Shown here piece after piece: positions 21,301 to 30,300 of a DNA stretch of 40,815 nt (position 1 is its first letter; every line of letters starts with the position of its first letter). The stretch is from the NCBI GenBank assembly GCA_900128395.1, contig LT649305.1:1-40815 (forward strand), in the 5' to 3' direction. A program made the translations under genes and the position numbers. The notes below the pieces were generated by a model. The model saw only the letters and a program-made list of their open reading frames with translations. It did not search any database and had not been told where the DNA came from. The stretch comes from Stramenopiles sp. TOSAG23-2 (lineage: Eukaryota).

Positions 21301-24300
21301 TAAATCGAAATGACAATATCATAGTCACATTTCTTGAGGAAGGTGTTGAAGACGCCGATGCAGTTTCCATGAAGCCACCGTTAAAATAAACAGAAGGCAA
21401 TCCAGCAATGCCTTCGTTTTTGAAAGTGACTGAATTTTCTCCAGTGATTGTATCTTTTATCAAATGATTATCGTTCCCTGACAAATCATCCCATTGAGTC
21501 AATTCATCGCCATCAACAATTCCTGTTATGCTATTTGCATCGTACAATGCCATCAAACTTGCTGTACCTGTTAAGTCGGAAATGGTTTCGGATAATAATG
21601 TTTTACCTGTCCACGTATGTGATCCATCCGCTTCTAAGCATGCTAATCTATTGTCGTTAAATTCAGCGTTACTGCATGTTCCACTTGGCGCAGTAACCCA
21701 ACCACCATTTGGTGCTTTGCAGCTATCACCATGCATAACTTGCCATGCATCATCCGATTTATATTCATTCGCTTCAATTGTTTCAGATGCGGGTAATCCC
21801 ATGGTTGGACATGCAGCTTCAGCATCCGTATCACCAGGCTGGAGACAGCAGCATAATGGGCGATGGTTAGCATGTAGATTAGCATCACACTGACTTGCAA
21901 GTTCTCCAGTACATGCACCAGCAGTACATCCCGCATGAAACCATGAGCACCCGGAATCCGAAATTCTTATAAATGGAGAACCGGCATAATCTCGCGCTAT
22001 ACTACCACCAATACCACAAGAAGCGCATTCTAGCTTGTTTGGAAGTTCATCATGATCTTTCTCCATATTAAAATTTACATGTTTTAATGCCATTTTCATC
22101 TTGTCACAAGTATCCAATTTTGTTTGTTGACCGGAGTTACATGTTCCTCCTACATGGTTACAAGCTTCATTGCAAGTATCACCTCCGTCACCCAATACCC
22201 AACGTGTCTTTCCCCCCAACTTTGGTAAACCAGTACCAGAAATTTGACCACCAGATGATTTGGCACAGCGTAAATAATTGAAATTTGATTGAAATGCAAT
22301 TTCACCAAGGCCGACTTGATTTCCATCGGATAAAGAGTATTGGTTGTAAAAATTACTTAACGTTTGCAATTTTACATATCTAGCTTGTATATTCATATCA
22401 AATGGAAAACTTTGCCTTGGTAGATGCCTGTAATTCAAAGAAAATGTTGGCTCATACCTTATAGATTCTCCAAAACGATCGAGTCCTTCTTCTTCTGTAG
22501 CAAATTGCAAAGTGAAATCTTTTAAACCATTTCCTGAACCATCATATCCCCAAAGACTGATTTCATTTATCGTTTCATCTTTTGCAAATGCAATTATTAA
22601 ATAAGGGTGGTGATTTACACTACCCATGAAATAACCAGGCCAATCAGTACTTTTCGTTAACCACTTGTTGCCGCCTATTTGATCATATGGTGCAGCACTA
22701 CTAAATCCAGTACCAGCACCTGATTTTAAATTGGATGCTGGATTTACATCGGTATCTGCGGAAGATGATGTAATGGAAACGATTGGAATAAACGTCGCAA
22801 CTTCATCCTCTTTCAATATAGTAGTGCCACTTGGACAGGTATATGTATCGGTAGGACCTATAAAGTATGGCGATATGTGCAAACCTGGAATTTTATTAAC
22901 ATTTTCAATTGTACACTGTTCATAAGTTAATGGAGTTCTTGATGAAACAGTTTCTTCAGCACTATTACACTCATTGCTATTTAGATTACCTAGACCATAA
23001 TATGGTTCCTGAATATCACAAAACCCTCTTTTTTTAAGATATTCATAATTTGATGGTTGGCAACTGGATTTGGGCGCATCTGTTGGCACATTGTTGAATT
23101 TATCTACTTTTTTACAGATTGGATAATGATGCCCTAATCCAGCACCAGTCCCATGTGAATTAAAACGTATACCCGTGCTTTTAACATCTTTGTTTGATAT
23201 ATCTTTGTAATAATAGCAACCTTTTGGTTTATTAGCATCCGTTTCCGTTGCATACGGATTTGATGTATGTTTCGATACGAATGCCACGATTTTTTTATCA
23301 TTGATAAAATTACATGCATCTGCATACCAAGCTGTGACCCCTGCATATAAATCGTTACAAGTAACGTTATCCGTATGTTTAAGACTATCCGAATTGTATT
23401 GTTGACAATCAGCATCTGTTGTACAGTCTCCAGCACCACTATTCCATAAGCAATCGGAATCACTTCCATAGCAATAAATGTTGTCATTTTCTACTCCTAC
23501 ACATACTGGCCCATCGGAATGAGAACCACACATAATAGAACCTTCCTTTCTACTTAATGCTTTACACGTCGCTTCATCAATCTCTTCCGCACCATCTGGA
23601 CATTTATTTCCCCCTGTATTTGCAATGTGATATGTTACTTCCTCCAATTCTGTAACTTCTTCAGTTGAAGTACACACTGGTTGAGCTATATGTGTTGCTG
23701 TTCCGGTTGAATGTCGATTGTACCGTACAACAATACCATCCACTGTACCAGTATTTATTGTATCGTCTGGTATCATACAAACAACTCCAACCGTTCCATC
23801 TCCAGTTATTTCTCCCTCAAGTTTACTAACTTCTCCTGCTACAGGAGTAGAACCTAAAGGACAGTCCGTTGGTATATCTTGATCCCTATGAAAAAGAACG
23901 CATTTACCTTCTGGATGGAATTCAACGGCTGCAATATCTGATCTCCAATAGACGGATGCATAACACTCTTCCGCAGATGTTCCTTCTTTTCCACCATCAA
24001 ATGTACAACTTGCTCCATATTTTCCATATACATCACGACATTGCCCTTCCGTTGTTTTATATGGATGAGATACGACAACATTTGGTGAAAACGGCGATTC
24101 CTTATTTGGAATGAGGCAATGATTGCTACCATCCCCATCGCCATTAACAATAACTTCACTATTGAAATCTACAGCCATATGGCCTTTCCCATCGCCAACT
24201 TGGCTTGCAGTGAAACCATCTGGACAATTTGTTGGACTTGCACCAGATGCATATATACTTTTGCATGTTACCCCATCATTACCAAGCGTAACAGCAACTA

Positions 24301-27300
24301 CACCATGTCTAAATGCAGTGCGAAAACATTCTGCAGGATTCCAAGCTAAAGTTTTTGAACAGTACCCCCCACTATAACCATTTGGATCTTTACATAATCC
24401 AGCTTCTTGAATGAATGGATATGGTTCGATGATGGAACATCCTTTTGGAATATGGCTATTATCTACTATTTCGTAAAATTTATTATATGCCTGCCAATTC
24501 AATGGTGGATTCTCACAGTATGCTTTATCAACTTGCCTTCCACCTTCTTTAATATTGCACGAGGATGGTATCCATTTTGGAAATTCTGCTTGACAATTTT
24601 CTTTACTAACTTCCCTGCCATGGTCATTTGGGTGCATGGCGTCTGATATACATAGAGGATAATCATGAGATTTTTTCGCTGAATATGGCAATACACGTTG
24701 ACAAAGTACTCCTAGTAAATCTTCCCCAATGCCAACATCATGCCATTTTCCATGCTCACCATCTCCATGTAGATCACTTTCCACGGCCATTCTAGTTTCC
24801 GTTGTACCTGCTATGTCTGTAAGCGATGAAGTGTAAGCCCATGGGCTAGTATCATCCCATGTCCATGTGCCAGCTCCATCTGACATTGCACCTACGTAAA
24901 ACATAGATGTAGTTACACTTTCCATTGCCTTTAAAGTCTGCTTCATTAATTTATTTTCTTCTTCGGTAAGAATAGTTGCAATGAATCCACCGTTCTGTAA
25001 ACACCATTGTTTTGAATCAACATAATTTCGAGCACCTGGCAAAGCGAAATATTCTTTATAGGTAGCTGATGGCCATGCACTTAATCCAGTTGGATGGCTA
25101 TTCCATCGTAAATGAATATTTTCATTCCCGTCATCAATTATATAGCATCCTGGTGGATTTAAATCTGAATAAATTGATTTAAAAGAAGCGATTTCAAATT
25201 CCACTTTTATCGTACGACTAAATGCAAATTGTATCGTTTCTTTTGTGCATTTATCTTGCGTAATTGAGGAGCTTCCAGTAGGACATGTTAAAGTGTTTAT
25301 ATGAAATATATGACTGCCACACGTACCTGCAGTCCATGTCCCTGTTGTTTCACACGCAGTGGCAGTTTTATATTGATCTTTGTTACATTCACCAGAAATC
25401 CAAGTTCCTTTTTGAACACATGCTTCCTCTGTCGTGTATGCCGCATCGGAGCAGCTGCCGCAAGTTGGGTGGGTTGGGTTGCCGGTAGTTGGACAAGCAG
25501 CTTCAGGATCATCACCGGGCTGGAGACAACAGCACAGAGGTTTATGACCAGCATTAATATTAGTATCACATGAACTTACATCGACCCCAGCAGTATATGA
25601 ATCATCAAAAAAAGCACAATTTGTATCACTGGACAATGGGGGACAACCATCAACGCATACATTTCCGTCTATGCCATCTGAGGCGCAACCACTTGCACAG
25701 TTATTAGATACACAACCCGTACAACATTTCCCACCTCCACAGGGACCCAGGCAATTTGAACAATCCCTTGGTAGAAAGAACGGAGTTCCTGCATAGTCAC
25801 GCCCAGCATGACAAGTATCGCCACAAGTATACCCAGCAGAGTTTGCTGCCATTTTTACCTTATCACATGTGTCTAATTTTGTTTGCTGAGCTGAATTACA
25901 CGTACCACTAATGGCATTACAAACAGTGTTGCAAGTATCACCTGTTCCGCCCATTACCCAGCGAGTAGCTGAGCTACAGTCTTTCACCGAATCAGTCCAC
26001 GTACCAGCTGGATTTTCACACAGAGTAGGACTTTTTTCTCTACCACCAGATGTTATATCACAATATCCAAGTTCCCATGATGTTCCATTGAGACGGCATG
26101 CTTTTTCAGTGGTGTATGCTGAATTAGAACAAGAGCCATCTGTCCATGTACCAGTACATGTTGATTTAGAAACTTTTTTACATAAAGTTATAATATCATT
26201 TCTACCTCGAGTTCCTCCCGTTGGATTATACTTTACATCATTCCATGGATATATACCAGCGCTGTAAGATGTGCCTTGATGCACATGGCAACCTTTTGGC
26301 ATGTCAGTATTACCAGTATTATCTAATGCTGCATCTGCGTCGGAGAAACCGGCACTTGTAGTTGCTGCGCTTAAACATTCATTTTCATCAAAATCCAAAT
26401 AGGATGTCTCAATGTCATCCATGAAAAGTGAGTCGCATTCTGGTCCATTTTCTAATGCAACATGTTCAAAACCATTTGTACAAGTTCCTTTTGTCCAAGT
26501 ATTTACGGTCGTGTCTAAACATGCAGTTTCAGAAACTTCCCTGCCCCCTGATTTAATATCACATTGTTTTACTGTAAATGAAGTCCATACTCCAGCAGGA
26601 CCAGTGCAATCGGCTTTACTAGCTTCCCTACCATTTTTAAATGCTGGATATATAGTTAATTCGATATCGTGCGCGCCGTAACCGTTCGGAGAAGATGTTG
26701 TTGATACATCATAAGGCTCACGGTTAGCCCAGTATGTTTCAATGTTAGCAGCAACAAAGGGAGACCCAGCACCTCTACCTGCGCTGATAGCTTTGACGCC
26801 AGCTTGATTACCATTGATAATTTTGGTTTGAACCATTATCATTTTAACATAATTAGCTCCATCAATATTGTGACCATATATCAACCATTTGTCAGAAGAC
26901 ACTTGATGAAAACTGGGGGAGCTGTAGGGAGCTGTCAAGGCGATAAATCCCCCATCCATCGTTGCATTAGTAATTTCAATTCTTCCAATATCATTAGCAC
27001 TAGTAAGAGCAGTAAGGTATGCACTTGTTGTTACAAATGTATTAGCTGCTGTGGTTCCTGTCTCTGTCGTAGAAGATGGGGCTGAACACATTCCTTCATT
27101 CCACGTACCAGGAGTTTCACATGCTACCTTCTCATTATATTCAGAACCTGTACAAAATGCCTCTGTCCATTTACCTTTGTTTTCACACGCAAACTCGTTT
27201 AAATATTGAACTGACCTAACACAAATACCAGCATAATGGAAGTAACAGTCCACCCCACCATTCTTAAAACGAAGAGCCCGGATCTTCATCTCATCTTCTC

Positions 27301-30300
27301 GCTTGTGAAGAGTAACCGTATGACTTCCAGCTCCAATCTTATAAGATACTATTTGAGCCGCTACCGGATCTCTCCATGTAAAGTCGTTTGAATGTCCTTC
27401 CAAATGCCAAGCTTCCGGATTACCACCATCCACGCTTATATAAAAGGAATCGGAACCACCATCTGGTGCAATTACTTCTGCTTCAAACGCAATTGTAGTG
27501 GGAGCAGAGCATGTAAATGGAAAAGTGATGCTTCCACTATTAACACCATCCGGAACTTCCACATGATCACCTGAAATTACAAACGGGGATTCTATCACAC
27601 CATCCAACGCTTGAATTTGCGTAACTCCACTATTTTCATTATAACGAAGTAATACCCCAACATCTGGATGACGATATACGAAACATCCAAGGGAAAGTTT
27701 ATTATCATTGATCTTTTCATACAAATTATCAGTCACACCATCTACAGTGAAAAAATTAATTCCCAAATGTTTTTCTAACAAAGCGATTGTACATTCTTTC
27801 TCCGTTGCAAGTCTATATCCTGGTAAACATTTCTCACCTTTATTTGTATAAACTAACCCTTCTTCGCATTTTCCTTTGATCAATGGTTTGTCAAATAACT
27901 TTGCTATGAATTCGCTATTGCTACATTCCGCTTCAGTTACACGCCGTTGATAATTTTGTTCCACATTTCCTACGTTATGATTGTTACACGTTGTTGAACT
28001 AGATTTTCCAATTGAAAATTTTTTTTGAAAACATTTAGAATGAACCGTTTTAGATGGTTTCACCATAATTGAATAACGTTTCCATTTACTGACTTCAACT
28101 TTGTACGTGTGTATATTTGTTATTGACATTGTTGTTGCCTGAGTCATAATTGAACAATTTGTAAGAGAACGTGCACATTCCCCACCACCTGTCGTTTCTT
28201 TCCATGAAAATCCATTACAATTAGAAGCAGCAAGGCAATATTCATAACAATCGTTTGCTGTATAATATGTGTTTGATGTCGTATCCACATCATATTCATC
28301 ATCACAACGACCCATGCCGATAAAGGAATATCCTAAATCTACTTCACTCATTTTTACTACTTTCATATCAAAATGAACTACAAGGGAATGTGTTGTAGGT
28401 AAAATATGATTATCCAGCTCAAATTGTAACGCTTTAATATTTTCTGAAGAGGCTGTATCAAGTGTTGCGTTAGGAACAGTTACTGATTGTTCTGCACCTG
28501 TATCAGGGTCGCAAGCTCCAATATTTTCAAATCCAGCATGGTTACCGAGGCATCTTCCTATGACTCTAGTTCCAATTCCATTTCCATCTTTAAATTCTAC
28601 ATTTTTTGCAATAAAATGCCCGTCGCTATCGATTTTAAAAAGGCGATTTGATCCTTCGCTAATTATTTTTGGCAATACACCGGGAGAAATTTCTGTGCCA
28701 TAAATTTCTAATTTATCCGTCACTAGGATTTCATTATGCAATGTACAATCTGCTGTTAAATGTACTTTTCCGTTCGATTTAAAATCACACACATTAACAA
28801 AATTCGCTTTCCACACGTCGTTGTAACGATTTGTCGAATCATTTGGATTCCTACCACCGAATAGGAATAGACTGTTTTTATATACGACCATTGAGGAAAA
28901 TATTCTACTTGGGGGTGAAGATCCATCATTATTTTTTATTATAAGTGCTTTCTTTAATGAAGATGAAATTGATATTGATAAGGAAATCAATTCATTTCCA
29001 CTTGGACCAAAATAAAAAATATCATTACCATACATTGCAATGGCTTTGGAAACTATTGTTGGATCCATTGCATTTTCACCAATATTTGTCCATTCCTTGG
29101 TGATTAAATCAAACATCCATACGTTTCCCAAAACATTTGCATTATAATCATACCCGGCAAGTATATACATACGAGTTGAATCCATGAATGCTGCATGGTG
29201 ATTTCTAGCTTCTGAACCACTACCAGCGGTAAACGCAATTGCTTCCCATCCGACCGATTCTATTAAAATGGTATCAGCATCGGGTAAATTCATGGAATAG
29301 ATATCATATCCAGTTTCTGCAGCTTCGTTCTCACATGTTTTATGTATATAACAACAATATGGGGGTGCATTAGCTGTTCTTGAAAAAAAATTACAACCCT
29401 CCACCTCTTTGCAAACTTCTTCACATTTTAGATAATCCATCATATTGCATAAACCAGATCGTTTGTTTATGGTATCCACCGACCACTCTATTGTGTTTGC
29501 TGGGTTCACATATTTTACTGGTAAATCTTTGTAATGCAATTCTAAATATTCTAATGTGTATTCAATGTCAGCGCCACTATGCACTTGGCATATTGTATCC
29601 ATGGGTGAAGTACCTTTTAAAGAAGGTCTCTTCATTGGACCTGGTATCAATCTGTATCTGTGTAAATCGTCCAAACGGTTAGCACAATTATGCCCTCCAA
29701 AAATATACATACTATCATCATATACAACAGCACTATGCCCAGAGCGTTTGGTTGGATTTGGCGGTGAGCCTCCATCTGCAATAATTTCTTCCCATGCATT
29801 TGTAGCATAATTATACATTTGAAGATCGTTTAAACAAGTCGATCCATCGTAACCACCAAATACGACTAACGTTTCTGTATAAGATGCTGGCACTTTGAAA
29901 CTCAAATCAGAACTATCCAATTCATGCCCTAACTTTTTAAATTGGTTTCCATCAATAGTTATATCGTCATTTACGGCATAACCGCTTCCCATTTTCTTGA
30001 AAAAAATGGATGTCAAGCCGTTATTATTAATATGAATATCAAATGTAGCGCCACTTCCATGTCCTGTATTTCCTTTTTCTATTACATTGTAATAATGACC
30101 TTCGATTGTTGAATAATGAATTTTTGTCCATGTACCTGAAGCACCAGTGCAATCAGCTTCTGTCAATTTTGTATTATCATCGCATGTTCCACTTACTCCC
30201 CAGCTAGTCGTATGCTGCGCTGCGCCATTTTTAACATTAAATGTTATTGGAATTTCAGACCTACTGTCACCATCACTCGAGGTAATATCATTAATCGTGA

